Source: a virus
Taxonomy: Duplodnaviria; Caudoviricetes
DNA length: 33,739 bases
IMG/VR virus record: IMGVR_UViG_3300030397_000460
Coordinates: 1-33,739 of that record
Direction: 5' to 3' (one strand)
This document shows, piece by piece, positions 8,500 to 17,026 of the stretch (positions within the stretch are counted from its first letter, which is position 1; every line of letters starts with the position of its first letter). A program made the translations under genes and the position numbers. The notes beneath the pieces were generated by a model, which was not told where the DNA came from, made no database searches, and worked only from the letters and a program-made list of their open reading frames with translations.

Positions 8500-9627
8500 A
8501 TGTCCGGCCAAAAATCATGGGTCTACAGGAGACCGTGGCGCCAACGTAAGCGCGGCACTTATCTGGTACTCGTTGCCGAGGGCCAGATTGCCGCCAGCAC
8601 GCAAATCGCCTTTTCCGAGTCAGCCACGCTGACAGGAACCGGTGCGCTCGCCGCCAGTGCATCGATCGATTTTTCAGAAAACGCCGCCCTGACCGCCACA
8701 GGGGCGCTGCAAGGGTCGGCTACGCTCGCCTTCTCAGAGACCGCGGTCTTAACCGCAACGGGCGAGCTACAAGCACAAGCCAGTGTTCAATTCTCTGAGT
8801 CCGCAACGCTATCAGCGACTGGCGCGTTAGGCGCTGCCACATCGATTGATTTCAGTGAGTCGGCAACCCTCAGTGCCACCGGTGCATTGGAGGCATCAGC
8901 AAGCATTGCGTTTTCTGAATCAGCCACCCTGTCAGCCATTGGCGAACTGTCAGCCAGTGCGACCATTGCCTTCAGCGAGTTTGCAGACCTGCGCGATGCA
9001 GGCGGCGGACAAATCAGTGCCAGCACCAGCATTGCATTCTCTGAAACCGCCGTCCTCACAGGCACAGGCGCCCTGTCATCCGATGAGTCTATTGCCTTCA
9101 GTGAATCCGCTGACCTCACGGCCATTGCCTCAATCTCTGCCAGCGCCACCATTGCATTCTCTGAATCGGCAGACCTCACAGACGCAGGCACAGGCCCGGC
9201 ACCACAGCCAGAACAACCCAAAGGCGGCAGGGTAAGAAAAACCCGCACCCCGAAATATCTGGTCGAAATCAATGGCGAGTTTTTTGATGCTGAGAGTGTG
9301 CGCCAAGTCCAGATACTGCTGGAACACACGCGCAAGCTGGCCAAAGTCGCCGCCGAATCAGAGGCCAGCGCGGAGGCAATGCAGGGCGAGGAACAAAAGC
9401 CCATTCGCATCAAGCCACCGAAAATCAAGATTACGCAGGACAATAACCAGCCGGTCGAAAGTGTTACGGTCCGTAGGGAGGTTGCACGTACACAGGCAGT
9501 TATTGATAGAATCTATGCCAACAGTGCCGCACGAGTTCAGGAAATCCGAGACATGGCCGCGCGTCGTGAGGCACGTTTCAAACGTGAGCGCGATGATGAG
9601 GAGGCGATTATTTCGCTGCTGATGTGA
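8500..9627 (+). CDS. Repeat-containing protein (375 aa): basic N-terminus, ten 20-aa repeats, charged helical C-terminus ending DDEEAIISLLM
   Basis: RBS GAGGT; repeats visible in the translation; TGATG-coupled to terS. Confidence 0.7.
   Translation: MSGQKSWVYRRPWRQRKRGTYLVLVAEGQIAASTQIAFSESATLTGTGALAASASIDFSENAALTATGALQGSATLAFSETAVLTATGELQAQASVQFSESATLSATGALGAATSIDFSESATLSATGALEASASIAFSESATLSAIGELSASATIAFSEFADLRDAGGGQISASTSIAFSETAVLTGTGALSSDESIAFSESADLTAIASISASATIAFSESADLTDAGTGPAPQPEQPKGGRVRKTRTPKYLVEINGEFFDAESVRQVQILLEHTRKLAKVAAESEASAEAMQGEEQKPIRIKPPKIKITQDNNQPVESVTVRREVARTQAVIDRIYANSAARVQEIRDMAARREARFKRERDDEEAIISLLM
8581..9186 (+). repeat. 10 degenerate ~60-nt (20-aa) coding tandem repeats, same consensus as 7665-7970
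   Basis: Invariant FSE core every 20 aa (one unit is 22 aa), e.g. GALEASASIAFSESATLSAI. Confidence 0.9.
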
Positions 9628-10085
9628 TGCCAGCCGGTAGACCCACAACATACACCACAGACCTTGCCACCGAGATTTGCGCAGAACTCGCAGAAGGAAA
9701 ATCCATGCGTACTGTTTGCGCACAAGATGGCATGCCTGCCTGCTCTACAGTCTTTAAGTGGCTGCGTGAAATTGACGAATTTTCGGAGCAATACGCGCGG
9801 GCAAAAGAGGAGGCAGCCGATGCAATGGTTGAGGAAATGCTGGACATTGCTGATGATGGGCTGAATGACTATGTGGAGCGCGAACGCGCAGACGGCAGCA
9901 AATACGATGCTTTTGACAGTGAGCATGTACAGCGATCACGGCTCAGGATCGATACCAGGAAATGGATAGCCTCAAAACTTAAATCCAAGAAGTATGGCGA
10001 AAAGATACAGAACGAACACAGCGGAAGTATCATTATTGAGGCCGTAAGCTTTGCGGATACGACTCCCGAACAGTTGGAAACCTAG
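9627..10085 (+). CDS. terS: Terminase small subunit
   Basis: GRPTTYT.DLA.EIC..LAEGKSMR.VC...GMP..STVFKWL......EQYARA...RLRIDTRKW.ASKL..KKYG pattern (Sf6-like TerS); directly upstream of terL. Confidence 0.9.
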   Translation: MPAGRPTTYTTDLATEICAELAEGKSMRTVCAQDGMPACSTVFKWLREIDEFSEQYARAKEEAADAMVEEMLDIADDGLNDYVERERADGSKYDAFDSEHVQRSRLRIDTRKWIASKLKSKKYGEKIQNEHSGSIIIEAVSFADTTPEQLET

Positions 10086-11373
10086 ACCCTACCAGTTGCC
10101 GTTCTGGCAATACCTTGAGAAAGGTGGAACCCAAGCTCTTGAGGTCGCGCATCGTCGCTGGGGCAAGGATGATGTAATCCTTCACTGGACAGCCTACGCG
10201 GCGAACGTCAACCGTGTTGGAACCTATTGGCACATGCTGCCGCAAGCCTCACAAGCCAGAAAAGCCATCTGGGAAGCGATCAACCCGCACAGTGGTATGC
10301 GCCGTATTGACGAGGCATTTCCTCAAGAGATACGTGCCACGACCCGTGAACAGGACATGATGATCAAGTTCCGGAACGGGTCCACATGGCAGGTGGTTGG
10401 CTCTGACAACTATGACAGCCTGGTTGGATCACCACCGATTGGCGTGGCCATGTCTGAATGGGCGCTGGCCAAACCTCAAGCATGGGGCTATCTGCGCCCA
10501 ATCCTCAGGGAAAACGGCGGCTGGGCTGCATTCATCACCACACCTCGTGGCAAGAATCATTTACACAGGCTTTATCAGGCGCTAAAGAAAAACCCCGATG
10601 CGTTCTGTGAGATAAGCCCGGCCACCAAGACCAGCGTATTCACAGCCGAGGAGCTTGAGGAGGAACGCAAAGCCTACATTGCTGAATATGGACCGCAGGT
10701 GGGCAAGGCGTTATTCGAGCAGGAGTATCTATGCTCGTTTGATGCCGCGATTGTGGGCGCGATCTTTGCCGCAGAAATCCAGAAAGCCCGGGATCAGGGT
10801 AGAATCGGTAAGGTCAGTTACGATCCGACTAAGCTGGTTTACACCTCATGGGACATAGGCCGCACGGATACCACGGCCATATGGTTCTATCAGATCGTCG
10901 GTAACGAGTATCACTATATCGATTACTATGAGAACTCAGGCGCTGACATCATGCATTACCTGAGCATCTTGCAGGGCAAGGGATACAACTATGACACACA
11001 ACACATGCCACACGATGCTGACCATGCCAACCTGCTGGCGTTGCAGGGCAAGTCAATCGCAGACTTCATACGCGCCAACGGCTTTCGGGTCACTATCATT
11101 AAGCGCTCGGCCTCTGTCCAGAACCGTATCAACGCCGGTCGTTTGCACCTGCCAAAGTGCTGGTTTGACGAGGAGAAATGCCAGCCAGGACTAGACGCGC
11201 TAATTCACTACCATTGGGCATATAATGAGCGCCTTGATAACATAACGGCACTGCCTGAGCATGACTGGTCCTCGCACGGTGCGGACGCATTCACATATGG
11301 AGCCCAGGCGCCCGAAGGCCACAAACGGCCCAAGCGCAAGAAAGTGCGCCCAGACTCACGAGGGATTGTGTAG
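10051..11373 (+). CDS. terL: Terminase large subunit
   Basis: PRPYQ adenine-binding motif, HRRWGKD Walker A variant, AMSEW Walker B variant, FITTPRG motif III, and nuclease motifs SWDIG..D.T and SHGADAF. TTG start. Confidence 0.93.
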   Translation: MRIRLPNSWKPRPYQLPFWQYLEKGGTQALEVAHRRWGKDDVILHWTAYAANVNRVGTYWHMLPQASQARKAIWEAINPHSGMRRIDEAFPQEIRATTREQDMMIKFRNGSTWQVVGSDNYDSLVGSPPIGVAMSEWALAKPQAWGYLRPILRENGGWAAFITTPRGKNHLHRLYQALKKNPDAFCEISPATKTSVFTAEELEEERKAYIAEYGPQVGKALFEQEYLCSFDAAIVGAIFAAEIQKARDQGRIGKVSYDPTKLVYTSWDIGRTDTTAIWFYQIVGNEYHYIDYYENSGADIMHYLSILQGKGYNYDTQHMPHDADHANLLALQGKSIADFIRANGFRVTIIKRSASVQNRINAGRLHLPKCWFDEEKCQPGLDALIHYHWAYNERLDNITALPEHDWSSHGADAFTYGAQAPEGHKRPKRKKVRPDSRGIV

Positions 11374-13620
11374 ATGGTAGCCGCAGTTGAGGATGTAATG
11401 CCCGAGGAGCCTCAGGAACAGGGGCCAGACCTCGAAGGCTTGATGGCGGCTCAGGACGCCTACGAGGCCAACGCCATTGGCTCAGATGCCGATAGTGGTG
11501 AGCTATCCCTGCAACGTTCGTTGTCGATTGATGCCTTTCACGGCAAGAACATCGAGCCACAGCCTGAGGGCCGCTCACAGGTGGTGGACTGGACGGTATT
11601 CGAGACCATTCAGTGGATGCTGCCAAGTCTGTGCCGCATCTTTGCCGGCGATGACAAAATCGTTGAGTTTGTGCCCTTTGGTGAGGAGGACGAGGCCGCT
11701 GCCGAGCAGGAATCGGACTATCTGAATTACCAGGTCACGCAGAAGAACCGCTGGTTTATTACCTTTCTGACATGGGCACAGGATGCGCTACTGACCAAGA
11801 ATGCCTACTGCATGGCGCAGATGGATGAAACGGTCCGCACCGAAATCACCCTGTATCAGGGCCAGACTGAGGAACAGGTCGCAGCACTCCTTGATGGTGA
11901 TGATGTTGAGGTGGTGGCCTCGAACGAATACCCGGACCCGAACTATGACCCGGAGAAAGCAGAGCCCATCCCCATTGGCTTTGATGATCTGGGTGAGCCA
12001 GTACTGGCCCCGGCCCCGCCTGAGAACTTCTTTGATATAGAAATACGCCAGACCAAAGCCAAGCAGCGCATGGAACTGCGCGTATTGCCGCCAGAGCGTT
12101 GCAAGGTCGATGCCAACTGCACGGACCACACGCTGCGCCGCTGTGATTACTTCGAGTTCTGGGACGATCCCAGCATTTCTGAACTGCGCTCAATGGGCTT
12201 TGATGTGCCCGATGATGCTGGTGATGATGCGGAGTTCGACACGCAGGAGGACACGGCACGGGATGAAATCCTCAAGCTAAACCCGCTGCGTGATCCACGC
12301 CAGACGCCTGACCCCTCTACCCGGCGCGTGAAGGCCCGCTATATCTGGGCACGACATGACCTCGATGGCGATGGCATTGCCGAAATGACCTTCAGCCTGC
12401 GCATTGGCGAGGAAATATACGATTTTGACCATGTGAATCGGATACCGGTGTCCTCGCTGGTGCCGTTCATTAACACGCACAGGCACATTGGCATATCCGT
12501 CAGTGACCTGGTGTTTGACATCCAGCGCATTAAGACCGCGATCCTGCGGCAGGGGCTGGACAGCCTGTATTACTCACAGAATCCCATGAAGGCCTACAGC
12601 AACAAGGTCGATGTGGATGATTTGCTGGTTCCGGTGCCAGGTGCGACCATCTCCGTTGATACCGATCAGCCGGATGTAGAGGGACACGTCAGGAATCTCG
12701 AAGCGCCGTTCGTTTTTCCGCAAGCCCAGGACGGGCTCCGGCACATGGATACGGTCACTGAGGCCAGGGTTGGCGTAAACCGTATCTTTCAAGGCATAGA
12801 TGAGGGCAATCTCAACCATCACGACAGGATCGGTAAGCTGTCAACGATGGCCGCTCAACGGATTGAGCAGATTGCCCGAATCTTTGGTGATGGTGTTGAG
12901 AACCTGTTCAGCATCTGCCATGAACTGATCATCAAGTCCGGGCATCAGCCTGAGGCCATCAAGCTGCGTGGCGAGTGGGTCAACTTCGATCCCAAGCAGT
13001 GGAAAACAGGCCGTGACATGCGCATTGTGGCGCCGTTCGCGGCCGGCAATAAAGACAGCCTGCTTGAGCGTTTGCTGGTGATCAAAAACGTCATGTCCGA
13101 GGCAGCCAGTGCGGGTCTGCCGATGATTCAGCAAGACAACCTGTACAATATGGGCCTTGAGATTGCCAAAGCCGCTGACTTGTCCGGTGAGAAGTTCTTT
13201 ACCGATCCGGCCACCATACCTCCAGAGGAACCAAAGCCTGACCCGACCTTGATTGCGCTCGACATTGAGGGCGAGAAGGCAGAGACCGAACGCCTATCGG
13301 TTGAGCAGCGTGAGCGTGACTCACAGCTTGACTCCGAAACCGAGCTCGAAAAGACCCGCATACTGGCCGAGAAAGACATTGCCATTGCCCTGATCAAACA
13401 AGGCGGGGCTACGGATCTGGAAAGCCTGCGCGCCGAACTCCGTGATGCGCCGATCCTCAGGAACAATCGAGAGCTTGAGGACATGCGCGGTCTGTTCGAG
13501 GGCATGCAGTCAGAAATCACTGAGAATCTGGCCCAGTTGATTCAGGGTATGAATGCACCCAAAGAGATTGTCCGTGATGAGCAGGGCAATATCATAGGAA
13601 CCAGGCCGGTTAGTGGCTAA
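11374..13620 (+). CDS. Portal protein (P22-like, long C-terminal barrel)
   Basis: 748 aa directly after terL; GRSQVV..VFETI.W.LPSL.RIF, DALLTKN and DLDGDGIAE motifs; coiled-coil C-terminus. Confidence 0.88.
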   Translation: MVAAVEDVMPEEPQEQGPDLEGLMAAQDAYEANAIGSDADSGELSLQRSLSIDAFHGKNIEPQPEGRSQVVDWTVFETIQWMLPSLCRIFAGDDKIVEFVPFGEEDEAAAEQESDYLNYQVTQKNRWFITFLTWAQDALLTKNAYCMAQMDETVRTEITLYQGQTEEQVAALLDGDDVEVVASNEYPDPNYDPEKAEPIPIGFDDLGEPVLAPAPPENFFDIEIRQTKAKQRMELRVLPPERCKVDANCTDHTLRRCDYFEFWDDPSISELRSMGFDVPDDAGDDAEFDTQEDTARDEILKLNPLRDPRQTPDPSTRRVKARYIWARHDLDGDGIAEMTFSLRIGEEIYDFDHVNRIPVSSLVPFINTHRHIGISVSDLVFDIQRIKTAILRQGLDSLYYSQNPMKAYSNKVDVDDLLVPVPGATISVDTDQPDVEGHVRNLEAPFVFPQAQDGLRHMDTVTEARVGVNRIFQGIDEGNLNHHDRIGKLSTMAAQRIEQIARIFGDGVENLFSICHELIIKSGHQPEAIKLRGEWVNFDPKQWKTGRDMRIVAPFAAGNKDSLLERLLVIKNVMSEAASAGLPMIQQDNLYNMGLEIAKAADLSGEKFFTDPATIPPEEPKPDPTLIALDIEGEKAETERLSVEQRERDSQLDSETELEKTRILAEKDIAIALIKQGGATDLESLRAELRDAPILRNNRELEDMRGLFEGMQSEITENLAQLIQGMNAPKEIVRDEQGNIIGTRPVSG

Positions 13621-13936
13621 GAAACTCACCAAACGACAGCAGATCGCCCGCGGCAAGCGGGTTGAAAAGCTGCTCGAAAATAAAGATTTGAAAGAGGCTT
13701 TTGCCGATGTGAAGGCCGCCATCCATCAGCAAATCGATGAGCTTAAACCCTCGCAGATCGATGAGCTGATTCTCTGTAAAGAACGCCTGCACGTCCTCAA
13801 GAGTGTTGAAGCAAATCTGACCTTAGCTATCAAACATGGCAAGAAGGCGGAATTTCAGATTCTTGAACAAGACAGGCCGACGCCCTTAGGAGATATACAC
13901 GCATGGAGACGCAAGAAGCTGGAGCAGACCAGCTAA
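13613..13936 (+). CDS. Conserved small head-module protein between portal and scaffold
   Basis: 107 aa, helical and basic; overlaps both neighbours; position typical of P22-like phages. Confidence 0.65.
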   Translation: MAKKLTKRQQIARGKRVEKLLENKDLKEAFADVKAAIHQQIDELKPSQIDELILCKERLHVLKSVEANLTLAIKHGKKAEFQILEQDRPTPLGDIHAWRRKKLEQTS

Positions 13937-14910
13937 CCCCGCAACAGGCCGCCGAGAGCAAGATCGAGAATTTGCTCTTTCCCCAGGCCGAACCAGAACC
14001 GCCAACCGAGCAACCCGAGGCAGAACTTGAGCCAGAGCTTGAGGGTGAGTTCGTGGAGGAGCCTGACCCCGATGATCTAGACGCCCTTGAGGTCGAAGGC
14101 GAGGAGGTCGAGGAACAGGTCACCGAACCTGAAATGTTCGAGATGGAGATTGACGGCCAGTTGTACGAGGTACCGGAGCCGATCAAAAACCAGCTTGAGC
14201 AGGCGCAGGATTACACCGCAAAGACCCAACAGGTGAGCGAGCAGCGCAAGACGCTGGAAACACTGACCGCTGAGCAAAACCAGGCCAAGTTACAGAACGA
14301 ATTCCTGGAGTCTGTGGCCGATGAGCGCAACCAGGCAGAGCGCCTTGAGTGGCAAATGGGTGAGCTGCGTACGTACATGCGTAACAACATTGATAATCTG
14401 TCCGGACAAGACCTGGAAAAGGTCCGCTGGCAGATTGAGGAGTACAAAACCGAGCAGGATGGACTTGTCAGGTCCATGCAGGCAAAATGGCAGTCGCATC
14501 AGCAAGCCGCGGAGCAATCCCAAAGCGAACTCCGCGCCAAGAGCACTGAGGCCATGAAATCTCGTTTGCCCAATTGGAGCGACGAGGCGCACGAGGACAC
14601 GAAAAAATTCGGCCTCACTGTGGGTTACTCCCAGGAGGAGGTCGATGCAGCCGTTGACCCTCGTGACTTACACGTTCTGTGGATGGCCTCCCAGTACATG
14701 CGCCTCAAGGCTGGACAGCCCGCCGCCATTGGTAAAGCGAGAGCCGCATCCGCCATACGTCCCAAAGGTGCACGAGATACCGTGAAACCAGAGACCAGGC
14801 GGAAAATTTCTATAAGGAAACGACTCAACAACGCCAAGCGCGCAGGCGCATCCGACAAGGAAACGGCGAAAATGATCCAGCAGGACTTAGAGGACCGCGG
14901 GATTTTTTGA
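13903..14910 (+). CDS. Capsid scaffolding protein
   Basis: RBS AGGAGA; acidic N-terminus, EIDGQ.YEV and QDYTAKTQ motifs, coiled coil, basic C-terminus; precedes the major capsid gene. Confidence 0.85.
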   Translation: METQEAGADQLTPQQAAESKIENLLFPQAEPEPPTEQPEAELEPELEGEFVEEPDPDDLDALEVEGEEVEEQVTEPEMFEMEIDGQLYEVPEPIKNQLEQAQDYTAKTQQVSEQRKTLETLTAEQNQAKLQNEFLESVADERNQAERLEWQMGELRTYMRNNIDNLSGQDLEKVRWQIEEYKTEQDGLVRSMQAKWQSHQQAAEQSQSELRAKSTEAMKSRLPNWSDEAHEDTKKFGLTVGYSQEEVDAAVDPRDLHVLWMASQYMRLKAGQPAAIGKARAASAIRPKGARDTVKPETRRKISIRKRLNNAKRAGASDKETAKMIQQDLEDRGIF

Positions 14911-14942
14911 GTTCGTAATCTCAAGGAAAGGAGGGCCAAAGG

Positions 14943-15947
14943 ATGGCCGCACTCACAGGAACATCCAGTACCTATTCAGTGGGTACTGGTGGTGGTAACA
15001 GGGAGGACTTGTCAGACACGATTTATGATCTGTTTGCTGATGACACGTTTTTCCTGACCAATCTGGATCGCTCAAGCTCTGCTGCAACCACGCATGAATG
15101 GCTTGGCGATTCTCTGGCTGCCGCGGCTGCCAATATCGCGGTTGAGGGTGATGACGCAACATTCAGCACCATCAGCAACGCTGCGCGATATGGCAACTAC
15201 ACGCAGATTTTCAAGAAAACCTTTTTGGTCTCACGTACTCAAGAATCAGTACGCAAGGCCGGTCGTAGTTCGGACGTTTCACGGCAAGCCATCAAGCAGA
15301 TGCGCGAGCTTAAGAATGACGTTGAATTCGCGCTGGTCAGAAACAGTGCAGGTACGGCAGGTGGCGCAACGACTGGCCGCTCGCTGGCAGGCATGGAGAC
15401 CTGGATCGGTGAGGCCTCGACCTCGGGTGGTGCAACGGCTGCAAACGTAGTCCGCGCAACCACGGCCGCTAGCGCAACCACACCGGCTGTGGCCTCAGGT
15501 GTGCCAGGAACGGCGCCCACTGATGGAACCACGACTGGCGCTCTCACCTCTGGCGCATTGAATGCAGCACTTGAGGGGGCCTGGGAGGATGGTGGCACCA
15601 CCGACATCATTGCAGTAGGGGCACAGGTCAAGAACACGATCAATGATCTGACCTCAATTGCAACCCGTCAGGTGGACGTATCCCGCGGCGCTCAGGCGTC
15701 GATCACGGGTGCGGCTGATCTGTATGTGTCGAACTTTGGCACGCACCGGGTGCTGTTGCACCGTCATATCCGCAACTCGGTTGCGCTCTGCCTGGATACC
15801 TCTCTCTGGGCATGGGCACCGCTTGACGACTTCTTTATGGAGCCGTTGGCGAAAACCGGTGATGGCGAGAAACGCCAACTGATTGTCGAGGGTACGCTGG
15901 AAGCGCGTAACTACATCGGCAATAGCAAGGTCGTCGCTATCGGATGA
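14943..15947 (+). CDS. Major capsid protein (DUF5309/SU10-like family)
   Basis: Strong RBS AAGGAGG; GNREDLSD.IY, HEWL.DSL, EGDDA, NYTQIF.K...VS.T and LAKTGD motifs. Confidence 0.9.
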   Translation: MAALTGTSSTYSVGTGGGNREDLSDTIYDLFADDTFFLTNLDRSSSAATTHEWLGDSLAAAAANIAVEGDDATFSTISNAARYGNYTQIFKKTFLVSRTQESVRKAGRSSDVSRQAIKQMRELKNDVEFALVRNSAGTAGGATTGRSLAGMETWIGEASTSGGATAANVVRATTAASATTPAVASGVPGTAPTDGTTTGALTSGALNAALEGAWEDGGTTDIIAVGAQVKNTINDLTSIATRQVDVSRGAQASITGAADLYVSNFGTHRVLLHRHIRNSVALCLDTSLWAWAPLDDFFMEPLAKTGDGEKRQLIVEGTLEARNYIGNSKVVAIG

Positions 15948-16384
15948 TCGTCATTGTCGGGCATGGGCCGTCTTTATCGGCGGTCCCGCCCGACTTTGAT
16001 ATTGATCAACATACGGTGGTTCGGCTGCGCCGGGCTGAACTGCTGATTGGTACCCGCACTGATGTGATATGTTCGAGCCAGCTTAGATATTCACGGGCCG
16101 GCATTGAGTTCTGGCATTTAACTGGCGCAATCCGCTCACGGTGCGTTGAGGTGTTAAAGCCCTACGCACCGTCTTTTTCCAAACCCTCTACAGGTTTGTC
16201 AGCGGCTATCCTTGCGCGCGACAAGTGGCCTGATGCTGAAATTGGCGTGGTCGGCTTTGATTACACAATGCATCCGGACCGTGCAGCTGCATGGCAGGAA
16301 AAAAGCAGGCATAATCGCTGGATACATGATGCTCATGCCGAAAACGCCTGTATCCGTGACCTCGAAGTGATCGAAATTGCCTGA
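15944..16384 (+). CDS. Minimal sialyltransferase-fold protein (GT29/Maf-like)
   Basis: IVIVGHGPSL...ID..TVVRL.....GTRTD (sialylmotif-L-like), PSTGLSA...IGVVGFD (S-like), H....E (VS-like); ATGA-coupled to the capsid stop. Confidence 0.65.
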   Translation: MIVIVGHGPSLSAVPPDFDIDQHTVVRLRRAELLIGTRTDVICSSQLRYSRAGIEFWHLTGAIRSRCVEVLKPYAPSFSKPSTGLSAAILARDKWPDAEIGVVGFDYTMHPDRAAAWQEKSRHNRWIHDAHAENACIRDLEVIEIA

Positions 16385-16709
16385 ATTACTCGGATATAAC
16401 CCCGACCGCGGCACTTGGTATGAGGCCGAGTTCGATGACTTGGGCAATGCCACCATTGCCACCATGCAGGACACCCAGCCGCTGATTGATCACATCCAGC
16501 GTCAGCGCAATTCCGGCTATATCGACCGGGGCATCAAGAAAGGCTGGTGGAAATACTGCTCAATCCCTGCGTGGCTTGAGGTTGAACTCAGGTCCAAAGG
16601 CATCAATATCTATCGTCGTGAGCAGACCAACGAATTGCTGCGATACATTGACGAGAATTACCCCGCCCTGAAATACACCGACAAAACCCACCGTGTGAAT
16701 TTATCGTGA
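16377..16709 (+). CDS. Conserved phage protein downstream of the capsid gene
   Basis: QDTQPLID...W...SIP....E....GINI pattern seen after capsid genes of this phage type; TTG start. Confidence 0.6.
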   Translation: MPELLGYNPDRGTWYEAEFDDLGNATIATMQDTQPLIDHIQRQRNSGYIDRGIKKGWWKYCSIPAWLEVELRSKGINIYRREQTNELLRYIDENYPALKYTDKTHRVNLS

Positions 16710-17026
16710 AATGGTTTACTAGGGCGGTCAACCGCCGCAAGACATATCCCAAGAACCACTACGGGATTCCGTCAATTGATGATCTGTACGAGGTTGAGGA
16801 TTTCCTCCGAAATACGGGTGAAAAATACCGAGCGGACAGAATTCGCAATGCTCGAATCACCATGAAGATTTATCTTGATCTGATTTATCAGTTTTCAGAA
16901 TTGGCCGAGGAATTGGACTGGTTCGACGGTTTGAAGGATTTCGATGCGCTCCGGGCATTTCTGGAAAACTGTGATGCTGACGATGTTCGACAGGCCAACA
17001 GAGAAAAGGCAAGGAAAAAGGCGTGA
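16706..17026 (+). CDS. Hypothetical protein (106 aa)
   Basis: GTGA-coupled at both ends; more AT-rich than its neighbours. Confidence 0.55.
   Translation: MKWFTRAVNRRKTYPKNHYGIPSIDDLYEVEDFLRNTGEKYRADRIRNARITMKIYLDLIYQFSELAEELDWFDGLKDFDALRAFLENCDADDVRQANREKARKKA

Noticed and set aside
7665-9186. Periodic ~60-nt repeats as a CRISPR array or DGR template/variable repeat pair
   Set aside because: The units are degenerate at synonymous positions, contiguous without unique spacers, and in frame within proteins. There is no cas or reverse transcriptase gene in the window, and the differences are not adenine-specific.
10141-10470. Atypical terL Walker A (HRRWGKD) and Walker B (AMSEW) as a sign of inactivation
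   Set aside because: Such variants are, to my knowledge, normal in this terminase subgroup, and the other ATPase and nuclease motifs are intact.
13147-13620. Portal C-terminal ~155 aa also lacks Y/W/C/H
   Set aside because: It is a short coiled-coil region that still contains Lys and Met, so this composition is expected and is not comparable to the ejection-protein bias.
15930-15960. Programmed frameshift extending the capsid protein into the GT29-like ORF
   Set aside because: No slippery sequence precedes the stop; a simple ATGA coupling explains the overlap.
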